A stretch of 57,510 nt of DNA, counting the filler, from Squatina squatina (Eukaryota), in assembly GCA_031763465.1 (NCBI GenBank). It is 4 parts of 4 records of this genome, joined end to end, with 100 filler letters (N's around TTAATTAATTAA, not from the genome) between each part and the next. Parts side by side here need not be neighbours in the genome. Positions count along the whole stretch, not along the records: positions 30,249 to 44,436 come from JARFOE010000052.1; positions 44,537 to 57,510 come from JARFOE010000007.1; 2 more parts are not named here. One strand, 5' to 3'. The notes under the pieces are model-generated. The model was not told the origin of the DNA, did no database searches, and worked only from the letters and a program-made list of their open reading frames with translations. The translations under genes and the position numbers were made by a program. Below, piece by piece: positions 38,514 through 50,653 of this stretch. Every line of letters begins with the position of its first letter. Positions within the stretch are counted from its first letter, which is position 1.

Positions 38514-40985
38514 CATAAGAACTAGGAGCAGGAGCAGGCCATTCCACTGCTGGAGCCTGCTCCGACATTCAACAAGATCGTGGCTGATCTTCTACCTCAA
38601 CACTATTTTCCTGCACTATCCCCATGTCCCTTGATTCCCTTAACTTCTAAAAATCTCTCAATCTCAGTCTTGAATATATTCAGTGACTGACCCTCCACAG
38701 CCCTCTTGGGTAGATAATTCCAAATATTCATCACCCACTCAGTGAAGAAATATCTCCACGTCTCAGTCCCAAATTGGTTCTAGAATGCAGAGCCAGGGGA
38801 AACATCTCACTGCATCTACCCTGTCAAACCCTGTAAAATTGTGTATGTTTCAATGAGATCACCTTTCATTCTTCTAAATTCTAGAGAATACAGGCCTAAT
38901 CTACTCGACCTCTCCTCATACGACAATCCCGCCATCCCAGGAATCAGTCTGCTGAACCTTCGTTGCACTCCCTCTATGGCAAGTTTATCCTTCCTTAGGT
39001 AGGGAGAGCAAAACTGTACACAATACCCCAGGTGTGGCCTCACCAAGGCCCTATATGATTGCAGTAAGACACCTTGACTCCTATACTCAAATCCTCTTGT
39101 AATGGAGGCCAACATACCATTTGCCTTCCTAATTGCTTGTTGCACCTGCATGTCAGCTTTCAGTGACACGTGAACATGGACACCCAGGTCCCTTTGGACA
39201 TCAACATTTTCCAATCTCTCACCATTTAAAAAATCCTCTGCATTTCTGTTTTTCCTACCAAAGTGCATAACTTCACATTTTGCCACATTATATTTCATCT
39301 GCCATGTTATTGCCCACTCACTTAGCCTGTCTATATCCCCTTGAAGCCTCGGTGCATCATCATCACAATTCAGATTCCCACCTAGATTTGTGTCATCAGC
39401 AAACTTGGAAATATTTCATTTTGTCCCTCATCCAACTCGTTGATGTAGATTGTGAAAAGCTGATGCCCAGGCACTGATCTTGCCGTATCCCACGAGTCAC
39501 AGCCTGCCAACCTGAAGATTACCCATTTATTCCGACTCTCTGTTTTCTGTCTGTTAACCAATTCTCAAACCATGCCATTATATTACCCCCAGCACCTTGT
39601 GCTCTAACTTTGTTTACTAACCTCTTGTGTGGTATATTATTGAAAGCTTTCTGAAAATCCACTTGTTTCTCCCTTTTTTTCCTGCTAGTTACGTCCTGAA
39701 AAACCTCCAACAGCTTTGTCAAAGATGATTTCCCTTTCATAATTCCATGTTGACTCTGCCCAATCCTATCATTATTTTCCAAGTGTCCTGTTATCACACC
39801 CTTTATAATAGATTATAACATTTTCCTTGCTACTGATGTCAGGCTAACAGGTCTGTAGTTCCCTGTTTTTGTTCCCCGTCCTTTCTTAATTAGTGGGGTG
39901 ATATTTGCTACTGTCCAGTCTGCAGGAGCCGATCTAGAGTCTAAAGAATTTTGAAAGATGACTACCAATGCATCCAATATCTCTATAGCCACATCTTTCA
40001 AACCCTGGGATGTAGAACATCTGGTCCTGGGGATTTATCAACTTTCAGTCCCATTATTTTCTCCAGAACTATTGTTTTACTTACACTAATTTCTTACAAT
40101 TCCTCATTCTCGCCAGATGTTCTCTTGTATTTCTGGGAGGATTTTTGTATCTTCCTCTGTGAAGAAAGCCACAAAGTATTTGTTTACTTTCTCTGCCATT
40201 TCCTTATTCCCCCTTATAAATTATCCTGTCTCAGCCTGTAAGGGAGCCACATTTGCCTTCGCTAATCTTTTCCTGTTTACAAAATAAAGAAGCTTTTACA
40301 GCCCATTTTTATGTTTCTTGCTTGTTTACTCTCATGTTCTATTTTCCCGTTCTTTATCAGCTTCTTGGTCCTCCTTTGCTGAATTCTAAAATGCTCCCAA
40401 TCCTTGGGTTTACTGCTTTTTTGGCAACTATATTAGCCTCTTCATTTGATCTAATGAAGGCTTAAATTCTCTTCTTAGCCATGGTTAGATCACTTCTCCT
40501 GTTGTGCTTTTTATGCCTTAAAGGAATGTATATTTGTTGTAAACCATGTACTCATTCTTTAAATGTGAGCCATTGCCTGTCTACCGTCATACCTTTTAAT
40601 GTAGTTTCCCAATCTACCACAGCCAACTTGCCTTTCGTACCTTCATAGTTTCCTTTGTTTAGATTTAAGACCCTAGTTTCAGATGGAACTACATCACTTT
40701 CAAACTGAATGTTACATTCTGTTCTATTTTGTTTACTCTTCCCTAAAGTTCCCTTTACAACAAGATTATTAATTAGCCTTTTCTCATTGCGAAATACTAA
40801 AATAGCCCGTTCCTGGTTGGTTTCTCAACATACTGGTCTTGAAAACTATATCACATACATTCCAGATATTCGTCCTCCACAGTACTAGGGCTAATTTTGT
40901 TTAACCAGTCTATATGTTAAATAATGCCCCCCCCCCCCCCATGATTACTGTATTGCCCTTGTCACATGCACCTCTAATTTCCTGA
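38514..40985 (-). mobile_element. CR1/HER1-like LINE, about 2.5 kb of ORF2 and 3' tail (degenerate)
   Basis: Successive minus-strand fragments GNYRPVSLTSV, QSQHG, DFQKAF, RKQRVGING, KCEVMHFGRKN, LVRPHL and EFRRMKGDLIETY; tail at 38514-38560. Confidence 0.95.
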
Positions 40986-41543
40986 NNNNNNNNNNNNNNN
41001 NNNNNNNNNNNNNNNNNNNNNNNNNNNNNNNNNNNNNNNNNNNNNNNNNNNNNNNNNNNNNNNNNNNNNNNNNNNNNNNNNNNNNGCCAGGAGAAATCCC
41101 TACGATTGCTGTCTCTCTTCAGCAGCTCCTGCAACACATTTCTGGTTTCAATCATCGCTTAAGGTTTTCCCTGTCCGTGGTCCCATCCTCTCCACTTTTG
41201 AACCTCCACGTGGTATTTTGTCAGCTGGGACCCACTGCACCATTTTCCTGAAGTTGCAGTACACGTGCCCTGCCCACTGCAGTCCCTTGTAGCATTCTCA
41301 AACCCCTTCAATGGTAGAAGTACGACCAAAGCGAAAAATAATTTGTGTGACGACGAGCTTCACAGTATTCCTAATCGCCTAACCTCCTTGCTGTTCTTGG
41401 ATGCGATTGGTAGGTATCACTGTCTCCGTAACCTTTTCCCAAATGAATACTTCGAGGCAGACTCCAAGTTAGTCAATGGAAGCTGCAAGCTTCAGAGATA
41501 CTCCCCAGCTTGTAGAATTTTGCATTTTCACTGTTTGCTGGCT

Positions 41544-41728
41544 CATAGAAACATGGAAACATAGAAGATAGGAGTAGGAGTAGGCCATTCGGCCCTTCGA
41601 GCCTGCTCCGCCACTCAATGAGGTCATGGCTGATCATCCAAATTCAGTACCCTGTCCCTGCTTTCTCTCCGTATCCCCTGTCTAACTCCTTCTTGAATAT
41701 ATTTAATGATTTGGCCTCAACTGCCTTC
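41544..41728 (-). mobile_element. CR1/HER1-like LINE 3' end
   Basis: KAVEAKSLNIFKKELD and CATAGAAA-repeat tail. Confidence 0.85.
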
Positions 41729-41829
41729 NNNNNNNNNNNNNNNNNNNNNNNNNNNNNNNNNNNNNNNNNNNNNNNNNNNNNNNNNNNNNNNNNNNNNNNN
41801 NNNNNNNNNNNNNNNNNNNNNNNNNNNNC

Positions 41830-42255
41830 GCCTCGGCGCAGTCGCCCCAGCAGAGCGCCACGCAGCCGTCCTCTGTGCCCGAGTCGGATAGCGAGGGGCC
41901 CCCCAAGGTCGACTTCGCCGACAACCGCATCAAGACCCTGGACGAGAAGCTCCGCACCCTGCTGTACCAGGAGCACGGCGGGCAGCCCGAGGCCCCGCGG
42001 GAGGCCGGGCCACTGGGCACCGACTCGCCCCGCTCGGCCTCCTCCAACGAAACGGCGGCCCCCTGCTCCGCCGGAGAGACCCCCGAGGCCGCCACACCCG
42101 ACCCAGAGACCACTCCGCCCCAGCAGGAACCCGCGGGACTGGCGGAGGAAGCCCCTCACTGCGCGCCGCAAGAGCCGACATCTCCCACAGGCGCGGCCCT
42201 CGAGGACCCTGCTGCCGCATTCGTCACGTGTTCGTCCACTGGTCTGGTGGAGAAG
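41830..42255 (+). CDS. WNK3: WNK-family kinase exon (WNK3-like), 5' truncated by gap
   Basis: Open frame ...[33 protein letters not shown]..., a conserved WNK2/3 motif whose DFADNRIK favours WNK3; phase-0 donor AAG|GTGAGT at 42256; very GC-rich codons. Confidence 0.75.
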
Positions 42256-42371
42256 GTGAGTGGAGCCGTGTTCATTCTCCGGTTGCTCTCCGCCGTTATC
42301 CTGCGCCGTGCGGACTCTCGCTGAGCCCTCTGCGACCTCGCCTCTCGTCAGTTCTTTTCTTTTTATTTATT

Positions 42372-42813
42372 CCTGGGGTGTGGGCACTGCTGACCAGGCC
42401 CAGCATTTATCGCCCATCCCTAATCGGTCCTTGAGAAGGTGGTGATGAGCCTCCTTCTTGAACCGCTGCAGTCCATCTGGTGAAGGAACTCCCACAGTGC
42501 TGTTAGGGATGGAGTTCCAGGATTTTGACCCAGCAACGATGAAGAAGGAATGGCCGATATATTTCCAAGTCAGGATGGTGTATGACTTGGAGGGGAACCT
42601 GAAGGTGGTGCTGTTCCCATGCATCTGCAGCCCTTGTCCTTCCAGATGGTAGAGGTCGTGGGTTTGGGAGGTGCTGCCAAAGAGGCCTTGGTGAGTTGCT
42701 GCAGTGAATCATGTAGATGGTACTCACTGCAGCCACAGTGCGCCGGTGGTGAAGGGAGTGAATGTTTAAGCCAACCAGGTGGGCTGCTTTGTCCTGGATG
42801 GTGTCAAGCTTCT
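42372..42813 (-). mobile_element. LINE family B 3' end
   Basis: Reverse complement of the 33800-34060 and 16949-17215 sequences. Confidence 0.85.
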
Positions 42814-43008
42814 NNNNNNNNNNNNNNNNNNNNNNNNNNNNNNNNNNNNNNNNNNNNNNNNNNNNNNNNNNNNNNNNNNNNNNNNNNNNNNNNNNNNNNN
42901 NNNNNNNNNNNNNTTTACAGTCTCGTTTAAAAAAAAAAATCCTCCCCTTGTGTACTGCCTCTTTTTTTTCCTCTTTCTCTTAAATTTTCTTCCTTCCTTT
43001 GTACAGCT

Positions 43009-43111
43009 TCAGGCAAGGCCGAATCCTTCCGAACACTCCTGTATCGCGAGCAGCAACATGTGGCGCAGTTTCTCGTAGCTCTCGTAGGCTGGGAGGTCCA
43101 GTTGGTTAAAG
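43009..43111 (-). CDS. HUWE1: HUWE1 HECT E3 ligase, terminal coding exon
   Basis: AG at 43113-43112; C+[33 protein letters not shown] then TGA (43011-43009). Not in the ORF track. Confidence 0.95.
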
Positions 43112-43219
43112 CTGAGGAGGTGCAAGGGAATAATTGTAAGATGGGAAGAAAAATGAATATATTTCAAACAAGACAAAGGACAACAGCTCAGAGCCCGAGT
43201 GTGGTTAACAGCAACAATA

Positions 43220-43325
43220 TATCCAACATCCCAGACGCCATCACCATCCCTGGGTATGTCCTGTCACACCGGCAGGACAGACCCACCAGAGGTGGCGGCA
43301 CAGTGGTATACAGTCGGGAGGGAAC
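43220..43325 (+). mobile_element. LINE AP-endonuclease fragment inside the HUWE1 last intron
   Basis: [33 protein letters not shown], an APE-type IPGY..RxDR..GGGxxxY motif. Confidence 0.75.
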
Positions 43326-43399
43326 GGCTGTGGATTCCAAGACAACTCGTGGCACCAGGTCAAACTTGGGCAAGAAAACTGTGGCCCTCCCTCGGCACC

Positions 43400-43475
43400 G
43401 CAGAGTGTCAGCCCAGATTTTTGTGCTCCAGTCTCTGGAGTGGGGACTTGAACCCACAACCTGCTGACTCAGGAG
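43400..43475 (-). mobile_element. Deu-domain SINE head fragment
   Basis: GTGCTCCAGTCTCTGGAGTGGGGACTTGAACCCACAACCTGCTGACTCAG matches 20320-20375. Confidence 0.7.
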
Positions 43476-43844
43476 AGTGAGACCCCTTGAGTCATGGCTG
43501 ACACTATAAAGGCAGGACCAAGTGAGCAAAATAGCTGTACTAAAATGCTGCTCATAGAATACGTACTAACTGCATTCATTCCTGGTCATAGCTGAGTAAA
43601 TTTAAACAGTTCCAACTCAGTTCTTACTATAACCGGCCTGGGTTACAGGAGAGGGAAGTTAGCGAGACGATCTCCTGCGCACTCTGGCCAGTTGCCCACG
43701 CTGGGAAAGGTGCACTGCCACACAAGGCAAGCACAGAACTGGGACAGTCCAGTCGATGCCTGTTGTCCGACACTCCCGGAACTCTGACACTCAGCAGACG
43801 GGTCTCTAAACGGTTAGCAATTCATTCCCGCGGCCAATCCTCAC

Positions 43845-44035
43845 CAAGTATGAGCCGAGGGCAACCTGTCAGTCGAGCGATCGTCCCGGTGAATCTGGAA
43901 CTTCTGGATGCCATTCATTCCTTCCAGGGCTGCAAAGCCCTGCAGAGGGACCTTGGAGGTACCGGTAACAAACTGCAGGAACTTGGCACGATCAGCCTGG
44001 TCGAAGGAGCGCAGTGCCCGCCAGAACCACTGGAT
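43845..44035 (-). CDS. HUWE1: HUWE1 HECT E3 ligase, penultimate exon
   Basis: 191 bp, AG at 44037-36 and GT at 43844-43; [63 protein letters not shown]+TG splices in frame to 43111. Confidence 0.95.
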
Positions 44036-44436
44036 CTGTGGGTGAAATACACAGCCGTGAAACACTTCTATTAAAAACGGGAAGGTACGACAGCAGAGTT
44101 CGCCCATTTCCCTCCTCGCCCCGGGCAACGAACCATGACGCCAAAGAACTGGCGATTTATAAAAGAAATCGCAGGTATACCAGCTCGGCAGACGGGGCAA
44201 GCTGAGGACAGGAGAAATTCCAGCCACATCAGATAAGAACTACACAGAGAGCAAAGGTCGTTACGACGGGAGGACAAAAAAAAAAACAGGCCTTCAAGTA
44301 GGCATAGCTAAACCGATAAGGGATGTAAGCAAGGAGCCGTAGATAAGCACTCTCTATAGAAGGACAAGACAGTTGGAACAGAGATAAGGAAGACAATGAC
44401 CTCAGGCCGCTGGGCGGGGGCTGTTACCGCGCCTCA

Positions 44437-44536
44437 NNNNNNNNNNNNNNNNNNNNNNNNNNNNNNNNNNNNNNNNNNNNTTAATTAATTAANNNNNNNN
44501 NNNNNNNNNNNNNNNNNNNNNNNNNNNNNNNNNNNN
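44437..44536. other. Artificial scaffold linker N44-TTAATTAATTAA-N44
   Basis: TTAATTAATTAA at 44481-44492. Confidence 0.95.
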
Positions 44537-44756
44537 AAAGGATGTAACTTTGAAAAGAGAGGGATGTGACAAATCTGAAATCCATCTGGTCTAACGTTAT
44601 AAGAATCTTTATATTGTACTTTTTACTAGTATTAAGACTTGTGTGAATACCATTTTAAATTAGTTTCTCTGTAGCTGAGACAGATTCCACATTCGTATGT
44701 CTGGCTAGGAAAGTGAGATTGCTACTGCATTAATCACTGATGTGAAATAGGTTTAC

Positions 44757-44997
44757 CTTCTTTAGCAGAATGCTTGTTTGGAGTTCGTGAGGCAGAATTT
44801 TGTATCTTATTTCCTTCCTTCCGCATCCTCCTTCTTTTCTCTGCCTCAACCTTTTGCCTTGCAATCTTTAGTTCCTCCTTTCTCTTTAGTTCCTCTTCTT
44901 CATGCTTCTGCAGCTTCCACTGTTCCAACTCTTCGGTGGCTCTTCTTCGCTCTTGCTCTTTCATGTCTTCAATCTGTTTTCTGTTATCATCCTCTAT
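44757..44997 (-). CDS. DNAAF4: Dynein axonemal assembly factor 4 (DYX1C1) exon, coiled-coil region
   Basis: 241 bp, AG at 44999-98 and GT at 44756-55; IEDDNRKQIEDMKEQERRRATEELEQWK... resembles human [28 protein letters not shown]; in phase with the 45951 exon. Confidence 0.85.
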
Positions 44998-45950
44998 CTA
45001 TATGGTTTGAGCGCAAGTTCATTATTCTTAATCATACTTCTATCTCGGTAATGTTTATACCAATTTTCTGCACTTTCTGACCTTTCCCTGGGCTCAAAAC
45101 GTACATTCATCAAAATTTAATTCCAGTTTGATCTGGGAACTTTGCACATTGGAATGTACCTTAGTTTCACGGTGAAGCTTAAGAGCATCTTACACTTTAA
45201 GATTTTCTACATCTGTAATGGGGCGCAATGCAATGTNNNNNNNNNNNNNNNNNNNNNNNNNNNNNNNNNNNNNNNNNNNNNNNNNNNNNNNNNNNNNNNN
45301 NNNNNNNNNNNNNNNNNNNNNNNNNNNNNNNNNNNNNNNNNNNNNNNNNNNNNNNNNNNNNNNNNNNNNNNNNNNNNNNNNNNNNNNNNNNNNNNNNNNN
45401 NNNNNNNNNNNNNNNNNNNNNNNNNNTAATTATTTAACACCAGCAATAAAGCAAGGCAAAGAGCTGAAAGTCACTTAATAAAACAAACTGTTACAGTACA
45501 AATATGAGAGATGCCTCATAATAAATACGGTGCTTATCCATACAGTATTACATTTCTTTAATTCATGAGATTGTGCCATTTGAGCTTGAATCTCCCCTGA
45601 CCGTCACTTAGTTTGGGATATTGGTGCTGTCTTTCAGTACCATTCCTAAAAATTTAAGTTTATCTCTTCTGCTATTGCCATCATATGACAGGAAAAGATT
45701 ATCACAGAAAATGCATGAGAGCTTTATATGGCAGAATGGCCTCGTTTTACTGAAATTACGTTACTATACTACCATGCAGCTGACCATCTTGAACTGTGTA
45801 CTTAAATCTTCACTAATCTCATTAGCTTTGTTGCACATAATGGTTTGAATTTTAAGCAAATGAGTAGTTTTATACAAATTACTCTTTCAACAACTCCATT
45901 TTAAACCGATAAGGGAAAATTAAATACTCAACAGATTCTACAATAATTAC

Positions 45951-46084
45951 CTTCATCATCTTTTCCAATGAGTACTTCTCATTTTCTCGTTTTTTAATTG
46001 CCTTTTCTTTTTCAGCTTCCTGTGCCTTCTCTTGAGCGGCAAGGATTGCACTCTCCCTCTTTTTTTGCAACTTTTCCTTATTAA
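45951..46084 (-). CDS. DNAAF4: DNAAF4 upstream exon
   Basis: 134 bp with AG/GT; [44 protein letters not shown] resembles human [22 protein letters not shown]...KYALSVMMK. Confidence 0.85.
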
Positions 46085-46341
46085 CTATCAAAGAAAAGTC
46101 AAAACGACTGTATTACACATGTCATAATCACAAGATTTAAAATAATCATCATGAACAGCACTGCCAATGTATTTCATACAAATCTTTATCTAAAGTAAGT
46201 CTACATCGAGTAAAAATCTCAACACGTTCTCACCTTCGANNNNNNNNNNNNNNNNNNNNNNNNNNNNNNNNNNNNNNNNNNNNNNNNNNNNNNNNNNNNN
46301 NNNNNNNNNNNNNNNNNNNNNNNNNNNNNNNNNNNNNNNCA

Positions 46342-47583
46342 GGTGATCAGATGGAGGGAGTTGTTGTATCTCTTATTAACTTGGAGCCCATGCCAGGCTT
46401 TTCCTCTAATCCCAGGGCTTGGGGTCGTTTTGACAGCGTTATTACTGGTTCAAACGGTGCTTGCTTGCCAGCTTTCTGTGATGACCAGCAGCCAGATGCT
46501 TACTCTGCCTATGTGATGGCAACTCTCGGAGGAGAAGAACTTGAGGCAGTGGCATCCTCCCCCAAAGTGAATTCCAATGCGATAGGTGTTCAGCAGTCCT
46601 ACTTAAATAAGCTGCAGTACAGAAGGTCAGATCATGAAGATGCCAAAGTTAAGAAGACAGCTTTTAAAATAAATGTAGTCAAACCCACTCCTAATATCCC
46701 AGATGAAATGAATGGTCCTATTTACCCTTATGAAAACTTAAAAGAATGTGAAGAGGCTTCATTTAGTGCTGGCCATTTCCGATTTTACAGAGTAGAAGGA
46801 GACAGATATGATTATAATACTGTAGCTTTCAATGAAGATGACCCAATGAGTTGGACAGAAGACTACCTTGCTTGGTGGCCAAGACCATTGGAATTCAGAG
46901 CTTGTTATATAAAGGTGAAACTCAGTGGACCTCAGGAAATCACAGTGAGATCTCAAAACATGGGAGGGACTCATCCTCGGACAGTTGGAGAGATTTACGG
47001 CATTCGGGATGTGCGAAGCACTCGTGATAGGGACCAACTAGGTGTCTCTGCTGTTTGCTTGGAATTCAAGTGTAGTGGAATGCTTTATGACCAAGAACGT
47101 GTTGACCGCACATTAGTGAAGATCTTCCCTCAAGCTGACTGACACAGAGAAAGTGTGAACAATATGTTACGGGAATATCTGGTCAACCATCTTCCTCTTG
47201 CTGTTAACAATGACACCAGTGAGTTTACCATGTTGGCTCCACTTGATCCTCTTGGTCACAACTATGGAATCTATACAGTAACTGATCAGGATCCAAGGAC
47301 AGCCAAGGAAATAGCACTGGGAAGATGTTTTGATGGAAGTTCAGACAGTGTTTCTAGAGTCATGAAGACTAACATAGGTGTGGCATTGACCTTCGACTGT
47401 GAGGAGAGGCAGGTAAATCAGCAAAGTGTATTCCAGAGCCTGCAGAACTCTCCGGGGCAATCAGTTGTGAACAGCATGAGGATGGGACGAGGAAAGAGAG
47501 GCAGGGGTCAGAGAGACAATCTGTTGGGCTTTCGTCTATTTAATGGATTGAGAAAACAGAGGAGAGCACAACGCAGAGAGTAA
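46342..47583 (+). CDS. CILP: Cartilage intermediate layer protein 1, large terminal exon (5' truncated), with one in-frame TGA at 47140-47142
   Basis: ORFs 46351-47142 and 47155-47583 share a frame. NPRAWGRFDSVITG, FNEDDPMSWTEDYLAWWP, CLEFKCSGMLYDQ, YLVNHLPLAVNNDTSE and AKEIALGRCFDG match CILP1; terminal TAA at 47581-83. Confidence 0.93.
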
Positions 47584-48012
47584 GGGCATAAGAGCCTGTA
47601 GTTCAGTGATGTGGATTAAACCAACCCTTTGCTCCAAATAAACTAGTTTCAGAAAGTTGATTAACCAGTTCTGAATTCAACCCTTCCTGAATGAAATCAA
47701 TTCTGTTCATCCATTGAACTGTGATATCAATAGCCTATTCTTTTTGAAATGCGTAAATATCAATNNNNNNNNNNNNNNNNNNNNNNNNNNNNNNNNNNNN
47801 NNNNNNNNNNNNNNNNNNNNNNNNNNNNNNNNNNNNNNNNNNNNNNNNNNNNNNNNNNNNNNNNGACCTGCTGAGCATTTCCAGCATTTTCTGTTTTTAT
47901 ACCAAGCATGTTTCAGTTAAGCTAAACATAGAAAATAGGTGCAGAAGTAGACCATTTGGCCCTTCGAGTCTGCACTAACCAGAGCAACAGAATTCTCAAA
48001 GATATCACCAAC

Positions 48013-48094
48013 CTGTGTCAGCTCAAATTCTGTTGAAAATCGCTGTGTCACTCTCTGTATCAATGACGAGAATGAAAATGACCCACCACCGTAT
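48013..48094 (-). CDS. ANPEP: Aminopeptidase N, penultimate-type exon
   Basis: 82 bp with AG/GT; [27 protein letters not shown] resembles human [27 protein letters not shown]. Confidence 0.9.
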
Positions 48095-48259
48095 CTAAAC
48101 AATGAAATATTTCAAATATTAATCCTTGTATAATGGAGAGATTGTAATTGAATAAGCCGCAAGTGCTGGTAACTTCCCAGGGGATATAAACTCTAATTTG
48201 TGCACAACATCTAGGATTTTAATTAAACTGATGATTATTCAGAAAAGTCAGGTACTCAC

Positions 48260-48400
48260 TGCTTAAATATTTGTGGCCAATTTGCCCTGACAAAGTCCCA
48301 GGCCAGAGACTGACCGACCACATTACTGGCAATGGAAACAATGGTAGATGTGGCATCTTGCTTTCTAATCTTAGTCGGTTCCAAAGTATAGTTGAGATAC
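48260..48400 (-). CDS. ANPEP: Aminopeptidase N exon
   Basis: 141 bp, AG at 48402-01 and GTGAGT donor; [46 protein letters not shown]; CA|A splices in frame over a 165-bp intron to 48094. Not in the ORF track. Confidence 0.92.
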
Positions 48401-49865
48401 CTTTAACATATTAAAGGAAACATTAAATAAGTAGAATTCTTGAAAGGATGATGAATTCATGAGCCACTGCAATATAACTCATTGCAACAGCATTTAAATA
48501 AAATCACGGCACCAACCGATCCAAATATTCATTTCTGGGGCTCAGAATGTTGGGGTGTTGGGGGTAGGTTGCAGGGGGGACGGTGCGGGTGTGGGGGAAG
48601 GTGCGGGGAGGGAGATATTGTGATGCTTTCTCCACTAAGATAGGCGTAACTTTAAAAATATTCATATCCTAGTATTGCAGTTTTCAGCACTTTTTTTTGT
48701 TGGGCTGGTTGGTGGAGTGAAACAATTGGGAGGAGCACTTGGGCGATTTCCGACTTTGTCTAAGAGTGTAGTCAGGTTGGGTAACTGGACTTGTGACATG
48801 AGGTATGCAGAGGGTGTAATCTATCTTGCACTAAACTGCTCACCTCTGAACAGGGCTACAGGAGTGGTGTTTATGCCAGTAGGAGGTGTGGTTTAAGTAA
48901 GCCTGAAAGATTGTCCCAACTTATTAGTCCTTCTCCAGTTGCCCATCATCCCAACTTTCATCTTAAAGACAGCGTTGAAAGGCAGCCTAGGGGTCTGTGT
49001 GTGCCTTCGGTGTAATCTGAGCATCATTCATTCTGACTGGCACATGTCCCACACAGTCACTCGACCTGATCAGTTTCATCAGCCTTCAGGATCCCAGTCA
49101 GGTCAGTTGGAAGGAAGGACTGGGAGCCTCAGATCCAGAAACACTCTGAACATACATCATAAAAAATTGAATGTTTTTTGCCATTTTCCAATAAAACTGG
49201 AAACTTGAGGCCTGAAATTCTCATCAGACCATGGATGGAACTGAGGCCAATTGCCCTATGGTGTTCTGCCGGTGTTCCACCCTGTGCCGTCGGCCATTTT
49301 CTTGTGGAGGGGGACATGGGCAGGTCTTTTGCCCACCGTTAACCACAACCCCCAACCCCCCCAGCCAATATCAAGGTGACATGCCTGGGGAGTTCCTGGG
49401 CTACCCTGGGAATTCTGCCCACTTCGGCCTTGGTGGGCATCAGCGGAGCTCCTGGCAGCTGACATCCTGCGTGAGTTCCGCTGAGTCCTTTAAAATGGTC
49501 CCAAAACTTTAAGATAATCGGTCTCNNNNNNNNNNNNNNNNNNNNNNNNNNNNNNNNNNNNNNNNNNNNNNNNNNNNNNNNNNNNNNNNNNNNNNNNNNN
49601 NNNNNNNNNNNNNNNNNNNNNNNNNGACTCCGCTACTGAAAGTAAAGACAGGAATGCGATACTCTATGACAGTCATTTCAGAACAGCATTAGCAGTAATA
49701 GTTAAAGTACAAGTTAATACTGCAATAAGGTAACAGAGAAAGGAATTTGATATGAGAGTGTCAATCATTTATAAGATAACTCTATGGCAACTTCTACTCA
49801 CCAATCTTGTGAACAACTTATAATTTCAGGTCTTACTTTAACAATTCTGACCCTGATCATCTTAC

Positions 49866-49979
49866 CACATTCCAGGTAGGCTCAGCATAATCTGCACCCA
49901 GGTATTCTACATAAGAGGCAAATCCTTCATTCAGCCACAGGTCATTCCACCATCGTATCGTCACCAGGTTTCCAAACCA
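49866..49979 (-). CDS. ANPEP: Aminopeptidase N catalytic-domain exon
   Basis: 114 bp, AG and GTAAG; [38 protein letters not shown] contains the M1 peptidase third Zn ligand (LWLNEG). Not in the ORF track. Confidence 0.92.
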
Positions 49980-50077
49980 CTGAAACGCAGGAACAGTCTA
50001 TCATTAAAACAATTTTCCTGTAGTCAGCTGTAAAACTTCACGAGTGTCCTAGTCTGTAACAGAGAATTATTTCAGGA

Positions 50078-50322
50078 ATAGAAACATAGAAACATAGAAA
50101 ATAGGTGCAGGAGTAGGCCATTCGGCCCTTCGAGCCTGCNNNNNNNNNNNNNNNNNNNNNNNNNNNNNNNNNNNNNNNNNNNNNNNNNNNNNNNNNNNNN
50201 NNNNNNNNNNNNNNNNNNNNNNNNNNNNNNNNNNNNNNNGAACCAAAGTGGATAACCTCACATTTATCCACATTATACTGCATCTGCCATGTATTTGCCC
50301 ACTCACCCAACTTGTCCAAATC
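50078..50322 (-). mobile_element. CR1/HER1-like LINE ends flanking a gap
   Basis: 3' tail at 50078-50139 and DLDKLGEWANTWQMQYNVDKCEVIHFG at 50240-50322. Confidence 0.85.
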
Positions 50323-50545
50323 ATAGGTCAGCACACGGCAAATACCTGAGTCTTAGGGGCTCTAAACGGATCGTTACACAGGACTAAACCATCAGGTCCA
50401 TACAGTGGGCACAGAACTCCTCTCCTCCCTCCCCTGCAGCCGGGGGATAGTGGGAGACACGCAGGGTTTCCATTAGACGTCCAAGGAATAGAACTCCCAC
50501 AGAGATAATTAGCCTTGCTTCAGATGTACGTTCGGTATTTCTTAC

Positions 50546-50653
50546 CTCAGACTTTTCCAGTTTAGTCTGTGCTTCCACCTGCGATACAATCTCAGTCATG
50601 TTGGTCTCCAGCACCATTCCTCCCATTACCACCTCCTGCAGAATGCAATGGAC
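50546..50653 (-). CDS. AP3S2: AP-3 complex sigma-2 subunit, exon 5-equivalent
   Basis: 108 bp, AG and GTAAG; VHCILQEVVMGGMVLETNMTEIVSQVEAQTKLEKSE; ILQEVV fits AP3S2 rather than AP3S1 (ILAEMV). Confidence 0.9.

Noticed and set aside
47584-47764. SECIS element in the CILP 3' UTR
   Set aside because: RTGA motifs exist, but I could not match the required helix length, apical AA and GA quartet by eye. The UTR is truncated by a gap, so this is unsupported rather than excluded.
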